Shown: positions 27,393-35,572, numbered from the stretch's first letter. The stretch is DNA of 42,400 nucleotides from Candidatus Pacearchaeota archaeon (GCA_016188895.1 JACPGZ010000041.1:1-42400); one strand, 5' to 3'. Numbers and translations are program-made. Notes: generated from the letters alone by a model not told the origin.

Positions 27393-27476
27393 TTCTCTAT
27401 GCCCCGCGATGCCCTACGCAGTGGGCTAGTTCTATGCAACTGCGATGCCCTATGCAATGGGCTGGAATGGGCTTTT
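27393..27476 (+). repeat. Dispersed hairpin repeat, composite cluster
   Basis: GCGATGCCCTACGCAGTGGGCT (27406), GCGATGCCCTATGCAATGGGCT (27442) and partial GGAATGGGCT (27464). Confidence 0.85.
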
Positions 27477-27515
27477 TATCCTCTAATAAAAATATATTTT
27501 TAAAGGTTTTGATTT

Positions 27516-27842
27516 TTAATCCTGATAAATCAATCTTCTATATGCCCATGCCACTAGAATAAAAACCAATCCAACAATAACATAAATCAGTCCACTTGTT
27601 AGATTAGGGAGCAATGAATCAAGAAATACAGCAATGCCAAATGCAATCAGAATATAGCCAGCAACCATAATATTTACAGAGTTCATGTAGCGCTTCCATT
27701 TCTCTCTGAATCTTATAAAGTTCTTTGAATCCTTTAGCGAGTCTTCTATGCCCTCTTCAACAGAAAAGATAAGAGAAGAGAAAAAATCATGAAGATATTT
27801 ACTAAAAATATTCTTTTCTCTAAAATTCTTTTTCTTAGCCAT
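27516..27842 (-). CDS. Small membrane protein
   Basis: Two C-terminal TM helices. Confidence 0.65.
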   Translation of the reverse strand: MAKKKNFREKNIFSKYLHDFFSSLIFSVEEGIEDSLKDSKNFIRFREKWKRYMNSVNIMVAGYILIAFGIAVFLDSLLPNLTSGLIYVIVGLVFILVAWAYRRLIYQD

Positions 27843-27853
27843 AATCAAACAGT

Positions 27854-28021
27854 TTACTTGAGCTTTTTTCTCGCGCGCTTAATAGCTTTTTTTAAAGTAG
27901 ATTCAGCCAGTCTTTTTTGCTTTGCCACATATTCCTTAACTAAAGGATCTCTCATTGCCATCTTAACCAGCTTCTTGCTATTTTTTAGCAATCTCTTTGC
28001 TCTTTTTCTCTTTTTTGCCAT
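27854..28021 (-). CDS. 55-aa highly basic protein
   Basis: MAKKRKRAKRLLKNSKKLVKMAMRDPLVKEYVAKQKRLAESTLKKAIKRARKKLK*; TTTAAATA box upstream; not in the ORF track. Confidence 0.6.
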   Translation of the reverse strand: MAKKRKRAKRLLKNSKKLVKMAMRDPLVKEYVAKQKRLAESTLKKAIKRARKKLK

Positions 28022-28104
28022 AGCAGATTAAATAAAATTTGATATTTAAATCTTTGTTTTAGATTGATAAAATCTTTAAGTATAAGAAATTGTATTGAAA
28101 TAAG

Positions 28105-28606
28105 ATGGAAGCGAAAAAGAGTTATTTTGATGGAAGAACAATGCATATTGATGTTAGTAGAAGATTTTATCAAAGAGGAGATAGTGGAATAGCATTTAAA
28201 ATCATTCCAACTAATGAACATAAAGGAATAGTTCTTTCAAATAAGTTAAAGAGGGGATTAAAAAGAGGCCTTAATATCGAGAAAGATTACGCACTACTCT
28301 CTGCTATTTGATAATTTAGTAATTTGTAATGATGAGCTTTACAGAGATACTAAAAAATATTTGGATTTACTTTTTGAAGGAAATAAAAAATATTCTTCTA
28401 AATTTATTACCTCCTTAAGTAAATTAAGAGAAGTTTCAGGAGATTCTAAAATTCGTTCGTATGCAGATAATATTGCAAATATTTACAGAAGAAAAGCATT
28501 AAAGCCATTAAGAAGAAAGCAGAAGGGAATAGTATTAAACCCAGTTGATATAAATTACCAAAAAATAAAGGAAAAATTAGAAGAAATTAAAAGGAAGGTA
28601 AAGTAA
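28105..28606 (+). pseudogene. Frameshifted gene with an RNase H-like acidic pattern (ORFs 28105-28311 and 28361-28606 are probably one gene)
   Basis: MHIDVS...SGIAF in the first frame; the second frame is open from 28262 and reads FDNLVICNDE...SYADNIANIY. Confidence 0.55.
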
Positions 28607-28694
28607 GTGGGTGGTGAATTTTCCTAACCAATTACACGCATTAGCGCTGGACACCTTACATATATAAGGCTTTTACAGGGTTCAGTCCACTTAC
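28602..28694 (-). ncRNA. Candidate structured small RNA convergent on the RNase H-like gene
   Basis: Closing stem GTAAGTGG/CCACTTAC; inner helices TGAA/TTCA, CCTG/TAGG, GCCTTAT/GTAAGGT, CCAG/TTGG and CGC/GCG; BRE-TATA CGAAAGTTTTATATA on the minus strand at 28716-28730. Confidence 0.55.
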
Positions 28695-28799
28695 AAAATA
28701 CATAAAACATAGAAGTATATAAAACTTTCGCAATTTGGAATTTTTGGACATTTTCAGATTTGATAAAATCTTTAAATATGTGTTTCTTGATTGAATGGG

Positions 28800-31478
28800 A
28801 TGATAACGAAAGAAGAAGCGAAAGATAAGTTAAAAAGACTAATATCAGATTTCCCTAAACATACATATCATAATGAAGAAAATTTGAAGTTTAACTATAT
28901 AGAACCCTTGCTTATGGAAATTTTAGGCTGGGATAGAGAAAATATAATTAAAGAACAGAGAGTTTTGAAGGGGAGAGCAGATTATATATTGAAGATTGGC
29001 AACGAAGAAGTTTTGGTTATTGAAACTAAACGCCCAAATGTCTCGCTAAATGAAGAAGAAGGTAGGCAGGCTGTTTCCTATGCTTATCACAGAAAGATTA
29101 AGTTTGCTGTTCTAACTAATTTTAAAGAAATTAAAGTTTATCATGCCTTAAGCAATATTAAAAATATCGATAAGAATTTATTAAAATTTGAAACAGGCGG
29201 ATTATTTAGAATTCCGATTGACCAATTCTTAACAAATTTTGATAAACTTTTTCTTTTATCTAGAGAAAGTTTTGAGAAAGGAGAAATAAATAAACTTTTA
29301 TCAAAGAAAGATGAAAAATTAGCTAAGCCAATTGATAAAAGTATCTTAGACGATTTACTTGAGATTAGAGAATGGCTATCGAAAGATCTTAAGAAATTAA
29401 GATTGCATCTTACGAAAGAACAGATTGATGAAATTGTACAGATTCTTATTGACCGATTCATATTTATGCGTTCGGTAGAAGATCGAGGCTTAGAGGAAAG
29501 AGATTTCTTATTAAAAATGGTTAAAGACTTTCAAGAAGGCAGAACTAATAAAAGGTTATGGGAATCTCTCAAAATAAAATTCAAGATTTTTGATAAGGAA
29601 TATAACTCTAATCTCTTTAGTGAAGGATTACTCGAAAAAGAAGGCTTTTTTGATGAGCAAATCTTGAGTAAGGTGATCAAAGAACTTTATTTTGGGAATG
29701 AAGGGCAACAAGAACGTTATATGTTTGATGAAATTCCAGGAGATTTGTTGGGAAGTATTTATGAACAATATTTAGGAACTGTTTTACAAGGAACAGAAAA
29801 GCGAGTAAAACTTGAATCAGAAAGTGGAAAAAGAAAGAAGATGGGAATTTATTACACACCATCTTATATTGTTGATTATATTGTAAAAAATACAGTAGGA
29901 GAATACATCAAAGATAAAACAATTGATGAAATTTTAGAAGTTAGAATTCTTGATCCTGCTTGCGGTTCTGGAAGTTTCTTAACAAAAGCATTTCAAGAAG
30001 TTGCCAAAGCAATAGAGGAAAGATTAAAGAAAGGGGAAAAGGCAAAAAATTATCAAGCATTTCAAAGTTATAATGGAAGATTAACATTAGGACAAAAAGC
30101 AACTATTTTATTGAATTGTATTCATGGTGTTGATTTAGATGAAAAGGCTGTTGAACTTGCACAATTAATTCTTTTATTAAAGCTTTTGGAAGATGAAACC
30201 CCAGAAACAAAAAGACGGCTTTTGCCAAATATGAAAGACAACATAAAAAATGGAAATTCTTTAATTGATGACCCAAAAATTGCAGGAAATAAGGCTTTCA
30301 ACTGGCATGCCCAATTCCCAGATGTTTTTAGACAAGGCGGATTTGATGTTGTTATTGGAAATCCGCCGTATGGTGCCAAATTAACAAATGAAGAAAAGAA
30401 ATATCTTGATAAAAATATAATAAAAGACAAATCTCAAGACACTGCTAATTATTTCATAACTAAAAATATTAAATTATTAAAAATAAATGGCAAGTTAGGA
30501 TTTATAGTACCAAAGGGGCTAAGTTATGTTCCCTCTTCACAGAATGTAAGGGAGGAAGTGATAAAGAATAAAATAAATTTCTTAATTGATGTTTCTGAAG
30601 CATTTGGAAAAGATGTACAATATGAGCAATTGATTATTATTATTTCAAAGGAGGATAGAGATTATAATAATTTTATAAATGGATTTTTTGCGAATGGTAA
30701 ATTTAATGAAAACCAATCTCCCAAAGAGATATTATCAAAAGAAAGACTCTTGATGTGGATAAATAATCACAATTTTAATATAATTAAGAAAATAATAAAT
30801 AATTCTATAAAATTAGATGAGATAGCTAAATCAAGAAGAGGGTTAGGTTGCAACAAATATGTCTCTACTGAAAAAAATGATTTTATCTGTCTTAAAGGGC
30901 AAAATGTTCAGAGATATCGTTTAGATAGAAGAAATTATATTTCTAAAAATAAGATAAATCAAGAATATAAATGGCTTCTAACTGATAAAATAATTGCCCA
31001 AGAAATAGTTGGAAGGTACGGTAAACCTTTGTTTGGAAATTTCAGAAATGTACAGCTTAAAGCAACTTTAGATTTAGATAATTCACTAACTTTAGACACC
31101 GTGGTAAATATCTTTAATATAGAAGGATATGATATAAAATTTGTGTTAGCTTTACTTAATTCAAGATTAATGTCTTGGTTTTTTCATATTTATTTTTACA
31201 ATAAAGCACAAATAACAGTGCATTTCGGCAACGAATATGTAAGAAACTTCCCAATTCCTAAAAAAATAGACAAAAAACAAGAACAAAAAGTAACTTCTTT
31301 GGTAGATGAAATGCTAAAATTGCAGAAACAACTTCACGAAGGAAATCCAACAGGAAATGAAAAAGAAAGGTTAGAACAGCAAATCAAAAATATTGATTAT
31401 GAAATTGACCAAGAAGTTTATAAGCTGTATGGGTTGACCAAAGAGGAGATTAAAATTGTTGAGGAGAGTTTGAAATGA
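28800..31478 (+). CDS. Type IIG (Eco57I-like) fused restriction endonuclease/N6-adenine methyltransferase
   Basis: N-terminal RADY...VIETK PD-(D/E)XK nuclease, GIYYTP, DPACGSGSF, GNPPY, TaqI-C-like TRD, terminal VYKLYGLTKEEIKIVE; probable ATG 28800. Confidence 0.93.
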   Translation: MITKEEAKDKLKRLISDFPKHTYHNEENLKFNYIEPLLMEILGWDRENIIKEQRVLKGRADYILKIGNEEVLVIETKRPNVSLNEEEGRQAVSYAYHRKIKFAVLTNFKEIKVYHALSNIKNIDKNLLKFETGGLFRIPIDQFLTNFDKLFLLSRESFEKGEINKLLSKKDEKLAKPIDKSILDDLLEIREWLSKDLKKLRLHLTKEQIDEIVQILIDRFIFMRSVEDRGLEERDFLLKMVKDFQEGRTNKRLWESLKIKFKIFDKEYNSNLFSEGLLEKEGFFDEQILSKVIKELYFGNEGQQERYMFDEIPGDLLGSIYEQYLGTVLQGTEKRVKLESESGKRKKMGIYYTPSYIVDYIVKNTVGEYIKDKTIDEILEVRILDPACGSGSFLTKAFQEVAKAIEERLKKGEKAKNYQAFQSYNGRLTLGQKATILLNCIHGVDLDEKAVELAQLILLLKLLEDETPETKRRLLPNMKDNIKNGNSLIDDPKIAGNKAFNWHAQFPDVFRQGGFDVVIGNPPYGAKLTNEEKKYLDKNIIKDKSQDTANYFITKNIKLLKINGKLGFIVPKGLSYVPSSQNVREEVIKNKINFLIDVSEAFGKDVQYEQLIIIISKEDRDYNNFINGFFANGKFNENQSPKEILSKERLLMWINNHNFNIIKKIINNSIKLDEIAKSRRGLGCNKYVSTEKNDFICLKGQNVQRYRLDRRNYISKNKINQEYKWLLTDKIIAQEIVGRYGKPLFGNFRNVQLKATLDLDNSLTLDTVVNIFNIEGYDIKFVLALLNSRLMSWFFHIYFYNKAQITVHFGNEYVRNFPIPKKIDKKQEQKVTSLVDEMLKLQKQLHEGNPTGNEKERLEQQIKNIDYEIDQEVYKLYGLTKEEIKIVEESLK

Positions 31479-32095
31479 ATAATCTATTTTCTGGAACACA
31501 AGAAAAAACATTTTATTTATGGATAGACCTTAATAACCCTATAGTTAAACACAATTTCAAAATTGGTTCTTTTGTTTCATCTAATTTTCTCCCTGCAAAG
31601 GGGGAAGACCATTTAATGTTTTTGCCAAATCCTAATTTCAGTAATTTTATAAGTCCTTTTCAAATGAATCTTCTTAATAGCTATCTTGCGGAATATAATT
31701 TAGAATTGAGTAGAAGAGCTTTCTATAAAAATTATCCAAATAGATTAGTCGCGACATTCTTATTTGATTATAAAGAGGAGGCGGACAAATATAAAGAAAG
31801 AAATCAAGAACTTGTAAAAAATAGAAAGTTGGTAAAAGGAAAATCTTTTGGAAATTGTATTTATTCGAAACATGATTTATCATGGATAGACTTTCTTAGA
31901 CTGAATGGTTCAAAAGATCAAGAAACCATTAATAATATTTGTAAATCTTATTGGGAAGGAAAAGTTGTCAAAGAATGCAAATTAATGCATTTTGGTAGCG
32001 AGTGGTCTGAAGACTCAATTTTTGAGATTCTTTTCTATGGAAAGATAAATTTTGACAAAGAAGAGCAGAAAATTATTGAGGAGAGCTTGAAATGA
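31475..32095 (+). CDS. DUF2441-like protein (cassette 1)
   Basis: EYNLELSRR.FY..YPNRL...FLF....A, D.SW.D, YWEG, FEILFYG; ends IIEESLK. Confidence 0.65.
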   Translation: MNNLFSGTQEKTFYLWIDLNNPIVKHNFKIGSFVSSNFLPAKGEDHLMFLPNPNFSNFISPFQMNLLNSYLAEYNLELSRRAFYKNYPNRLVATFLFDYKEEADKYKERNQELVKNRKLVKGKSFGNCIYSKHDLSWIDFLRLNGSKDQETINNICKSYWEGKVVKECKLMHFGSEWSEDSIFEILFYGKINFDKEEQKIIEESLK

Positions 32096-32505
32096 CAGAA
32101 GAAGAAACTGAAAATGAAGAAGAGAAAATAGTAAAGGCTTCTTGCAGCTTTTGTGGAAAAGAAATAGAATGTCCAGAAAAAATGCTAAAGGTTGATAAAC
32201 ACATGTGCTATGAATGTTATAAAAATCCTCCAGTAGAAATATCAGAAAAAGAATTGTCTAAAATCCATATAGATATTCCAATAAATAAACTAAATGAAAT
32301 GTTTTATGATGCAGTAGCTACTCAAATGAAAGAAATAGCCTTTCCTAAGATATGGCAAGAACGCAAATCAGAACTTAAAGAAATATCAAAAAAAGAATTA
32401 GCTGAGTTAATGTTCTTAGAGGGTGCGATGGCAGGGGCTGGGTTTTTATTCGAAACCATGAAAGATAAGGAAGAAAATGATATTGTCGAGGAGAGTTTAA
32501 AGTGA
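32092..32505 (+). CDS. Zinc-finger hypothetical protein (cassette 2)
   Basis: CSFC...HMCYEC; ends IVEESLK. Confidence 0.75.
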   Translation: MTEEETENEEEKIVKASCSFCGKEIECPEKMLKVDKHMCYECYKNPPVEISEKELSKIHIDIPINKLNEMFYDAVATQMKEIAFPKIWQERKSELKEISKKELAELMFLEGAMAGAGFLFETMKDKEENDIVEESLK

Positions 32506-32906
32506 ATGATTTAGAATTAATGGACGAAATGCAGAAAAATCACAGTTTCCAAGGGCAGATGAATGGTATGGCTAAGTCTATTGAAATAGTAATAGATAAA
32601 ATTTTAGAGCAAAACGACGTAAAACCACGAGGGTCATTTGGGAATAGAATTAAACAATTTAAGGAAGTCTGTCCAGAATTTCCTGAATTGCTTGGAGATT
32701 TAATGAACTTTAATGAGTTCTGGAACATTACGAAACATGGGGTAATAATTATGGGTGCGGACATATCGGAGTCTTTTTTTAAGGATGAGGAAACACACAA
32801 GTTTAATCAACAAAGGAAAGAAGAGATATCTAAGAACTTTACAGAAGTTATGAAAAAACTAATAGTGATTTCTAAAAAAAAAGTTATTGAAGAGAGTTTG
32901 AAATGA
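32502..32906 (+). CDS. HEPN-like helical protein (cassette 3)
   Basis: SFGNRIKQF...FNEFWNITKHG, a degenerate R-N-x3-H motif with Trp in place of Arg; GTG start; ends VIEESLK. Confidence 0.55.
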   Translation: MNDLELMDEMQKNHSFQGQMNGMAKSIEIVIDKILEQNDVKPRGSFGNRIKQFKEVCPEFPELLGDLMNFNEFWNITKHGVIIMGADISESFFKDEETHKFNQQRKEEISKNFTEVMKKLIVISKKKVIEESLK

Positions 32907-33473
32907 GTGAAACAATATTAGATTATGATAAAATAATATGGGAAGTTTTTGCCATCGGAGTTACTGCTTCTATTATAATCTTGTATAATGTCGTAAATTT
33001 AGAAAGTAAAATACCTAAGAACTTTGATGTTTTGGTACTGATTCTTGGTTTTTCTATACTAATCTATTCTTCCATTTTGTTTTTAGGTTATAATTTTAAA
33101 AAAAGTATTTTTATTAACTCAGATTCTAAAAATAAAATTAAGGAAAAGCTAGAAAAGAGTTGGTATCCTAGAGCAAGATGGATGGCAGAAATAATATTAC
33201 TTTTTATAATAATATTATATTTTAAAGCATTCACGGAAAAATGGATCCCAATAGTTATTCTATTGATTACCATAGTAATTTGTAGTATTGCTAATTGTTG
33301 TGCTAAGAAAAAAGTTCAAAAAAACAATTGGGTAGGTTATTGTAATTATTTTAAATCTTATTTTCGCTGTCAATAACTCTTTCTTCAAACACCCTCACCA
33401 TCTGAGGACTTGGCAAATCTATGTCGTGCTGGACAAAAATTGGGTAGATGTTATCGAGGAGAGTCTTAATTAA
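32903..33473 (+). pseudogene. Multi-pass membrane protein (cassette 4), probably frameshifted near 33335
   Basis: The ORF stops at 33376, but the +1 frame from 33336 reads VIVIILNLIFAVNN...NWVDVIEESLN*. Confidence 0.6.
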
Positions 33474-33521
33474 ATAATAGGCCATAGTTACATTATTAAA
33501 TATCAAAATATTAGGTAAAAT

Positions 33522-33719
33522 ATGGAAGGCAAAGAACAGGGGCTAAGAGAAAGGTTTCTAAAAATTTATGCAGATATTCCCTTAAATTTAAGAAAAGAGA
33601 TAATCCTTGTTTTAGAAAATGAACCGATTAGTTGGAATGTCGCTTTTGTTGAAGTGACAAATAAAACTCATAAATCAACAATAATATTAAAAAAATTAAA
33701 TGAATTAAGAATAATTTAA
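33522..33719 (+). CDS. Small hypothetical protein (module gene 1)
   Basis: 65 aa; 1 bp from the next gene. Confidence 0.75.
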   Translation: MEGKEQGLRERFLKIYADIPLNLRKEIILVLENEPISWNVAFVEVTNKTHKSTIILKKLNELRII

Positions 33720-33720
33720 A

Positions 33721-33939
33721 ATGGAAGAAAAAGAAAAAATTACAGAAGAAATAAAAAAACTTGTTATAGCGAGATTAGAAGTCCTTCCAGAAAATAAAAA
33801 AGTATCTATCGGAAATTTTGGTGAATTTAGTAAAAGTGAATTAATAGATAATGTAAATAAAAATACCGAAATTGGAAATAAAATTATAGAAATAGAACTA
33901 GAATTTTTAAGAGCTATGAAAAAAGGAATAATACAATGA
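33721..33939 (+). CDS. Small hypothetical protein (module gene 2)
   Basis: 72 aa; ATGA overlap with the protease-like gene. Confidence 0.75.
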   Translation: MEEKEKITEEIKKLVIARLEVLPENKKVSIGNFGEFSKSELIDNVNKNTEIGNKIIEIELEFLRAMKKGIIQ

Positions 33940-34577
33940 ATTTTAATTTTTTGCTCACGAGACCAGAACATGATGATACAACTTTTTATTTGTCCAACTG
34001 GTGTAAAGATGGTCTTGATTTAGCAGGAAAAAAGGGAGCAAAAATTAGCGACTTACATCGTGATAAGGCAAATAAAAAGGAGTTTGAAGGAAGAGTTTAT
34101 AAATCTTGTCCGGAATTTATTGTTTTCAATGGACATGGAGACGAAAATTCTGTTACAGGGCATAAGAATGAAGAGCTAATCTCGGTAGAAAGTGATGAAA
34201 AATTTTTAAAGTTAAATATAGTTTATGCAATTTCTTGTCGTTCTGCTAAAAATTTAGGTAAAAAATGTATTGAAAAAGGAACAAATTGTTATGTGGGCTA
34301 TACAGATGATTTTATTTTTGTTTACGAAAAAGAAAAAATAAGCAGACCATTAACTGACGAAACTGCTAAACTTTTTTTGGAACCATCAAAATTATTCATA
34401 GAAGCGGTAATCAAAAATAATTCCGTGAAAGATGCTCTAGAGCGCTCAAAGAAAAAAATTCAAGAAAACTTCATTAAAACTTTGTCTGGAGACGAACAAG
34501 AAACTACTCTGGCAAGGTATCTTTGGTGGAACTCAAGAAATTTTATATCTCTAGGAAATCAAAATGCTACAATATGA
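33936..34577 (+). CDS. Caspase/CHAT/gingipain-like (clan CD) cysteine peptidase domain protein
   Basis: FIVFNGHG ... IVYAISC His-Cys dyad, each residue following a hydrophobic beta-strand. Confidence 0.7.
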   Translation: MNFNFLLTRPEHDDTTFYLSNWCKDGLDLAGKKGAKISDLHRDKANKKEFEGRVYKSCPEFIVFNGHGDENSVTGHKNEELISVESDEKFLKLNIVYAISCRSAKNLGKKCIEKGTNCYVGYTDDFIFVYEKEKISRPLTDETAKLFLEPSKLFIEAVIKNNSVKDALERSKKKIQENFIKTLSGDEQETTLARYLWWNSRNFISLGNQNATI

Positions 34578-35212
34578 AAATGACCTACATTCTCTCCCCA
34601 TCTTCATTGAATCTTCTTGAGGAATGCCCGAGATGTTTTTATTTGCAAGTTGTCAGAAAAATAAGAAGGCCAAGAGGACCAATGTCTTCTATTCCGATAA
34701 AGATGGATTCTATTATTAAGAAGTACTTTGATATTTATAGGGAGAAAGGAATTTTACCGCCATTAATTGAAAAGAAGGTTAAAGGTGTTCTTCCTCTTGA
34801 TATGCCAAAAACATTATACTATGAAGATGAAAATAATGGAATAAAACTAAAAGGACTCCCAGACGAGTATTTACAAACTGAAGATGAAGCTATTGTCCCT
34901 TTTGACCATAAAACTAAAAGCAAAGCTCCAAAAGAAACGCATCCACGCTATCAGCTACAATTAGAATGCTATACTTTTCTTTTAGAAGCTAATGGATATA
35001 AAACTAAGAATTTTGGATATTTAGCTTATTATCATCCAGAGCAATGCGAGATACATAATGGAATGGATATTCAGGTGAATATTATCAAAGTCAAAACTGA
35101 CCCAGAAAGAGTTAAGAAAGCTCTCAAAAAGGCTTCTGAAATCTTAAATGGAAAACTGCCTAAAATTAACAGAACATGCGAATATTGCAAGTGGAAAGGA
35201 ATAAAATTATAA
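34574..35212 (+). CDS. PD-(D/E)XK nuclease, Cas4/AddB-like
   Basis: LSPSSL...CPRCF, GLPD...PFDHKT, QLECY, CEYC; ATG 34574 overlaps the upstream stop. Confidence 0.85.
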   Translation: MKMTYILSPSSLNLLEECPRCFYLQVVRKIRRPRGPMSSIPIKMDSIIKKYFDIYREKGILPPLIEKKVKGVLPLDMPKTLYYEDENNGIKLKGLPDEYLQTEDEAIVPFDHKTKSKAPKETHPRYQLQLECYTFLLEANGYKTKNFGYLAYYHPEQCEIHNGMDIQVNIIKVKTDPERVKKALKKASEILNGKLPKINRTCEYCKWKGIKL

Positions 35213-35254
35213 TTAATCCTCAGATAATTCTATAAACTCTTTTTTCTTTTAATA

Positions 35255-35572
35255 ATGATGCTCAAAGAAAAGAAATGCGTTCCATGCGAGGGTGGCATTC
35301 CTCCGCTTAGCACCAAAGAAGTCATCAACTTCATGCAAGAGCTCAAAGATTGGACACTTGATAATGGGCATCTCGTTAAGCATTTCAATTTCAAAGATTT
35401 TAAAGAAAATATGGATTTTGTGAACAAGATAGCTAAAATTTCAGAGGAAGAAGGGCATCATCCAGTATTATTCATTAATTACAATAAACTTAAAGTTGAA
35501 TTGTGGACGCACGCCATAAACGGGCTTAGCGAGAATGATTTTATTCTTGCTGCAAAGATAGATTCCCTTTAG
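35255..35572 (+). CDS. phhB: Pterin-4-alpha-carbinolamine dehydratase
   Basis: CVPCEGG, EEEGHHP, WTHAINGLSENDFILAAKID. Confidence 0.93.
   Translation: MMLKEKKCVPCEGGIPPLSTKEVINFMQELKDWTLDNGHLVKHFNFKDFKENMDFVNKIAKISEEEGHHPVLFINYNKLKVELWTHAINGLSENDFILAAKIDSL

Larger units (their letters stand above)
31455..33473 (+). repeat. Five copies of a 24-bp gene-terminal direct repeat delimiting gene-sized cassettes
   Basis: 31455 ATTGTTGAGGAGAGTTTGAAATGA; 32072 ATTATTGAGGAGAGCTTGAAATGA; 32482 ATTGTCGAGGAGAGTTTAAAGTGA; 32883 GTTATTGAAGAGAGTTTGAAATGA; 33450 GTTATCGAGGAGAGTCTTAATTAA. Confidence 0.93.

Noticed and set aside
33323-33454. AATTGGGTAG repeated at ~33326 and ~33438 as a target-site duplication
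   Set aside because: It is a 10-bp AT-rich match, and the intervening sequence reads as plausible coding in the +1 frame, so a simple frameshift explains the region better; not fully excluded.
31455-33473. CRISPR array interpretation of the 24-bp repeats
   Set aside because: The spacers are 400-600 bp complete genes, the repeats are coding and degenerate, and there is no cas1/cas2.
34574-35212. Cas4-like nuclease as evidence of CRISPR-Cas, or as the array's insertion enzyme
   Set aside because: Stand-alone PD-(D/E)XK proteins of this type are common; nothing but proximity links it to the array.
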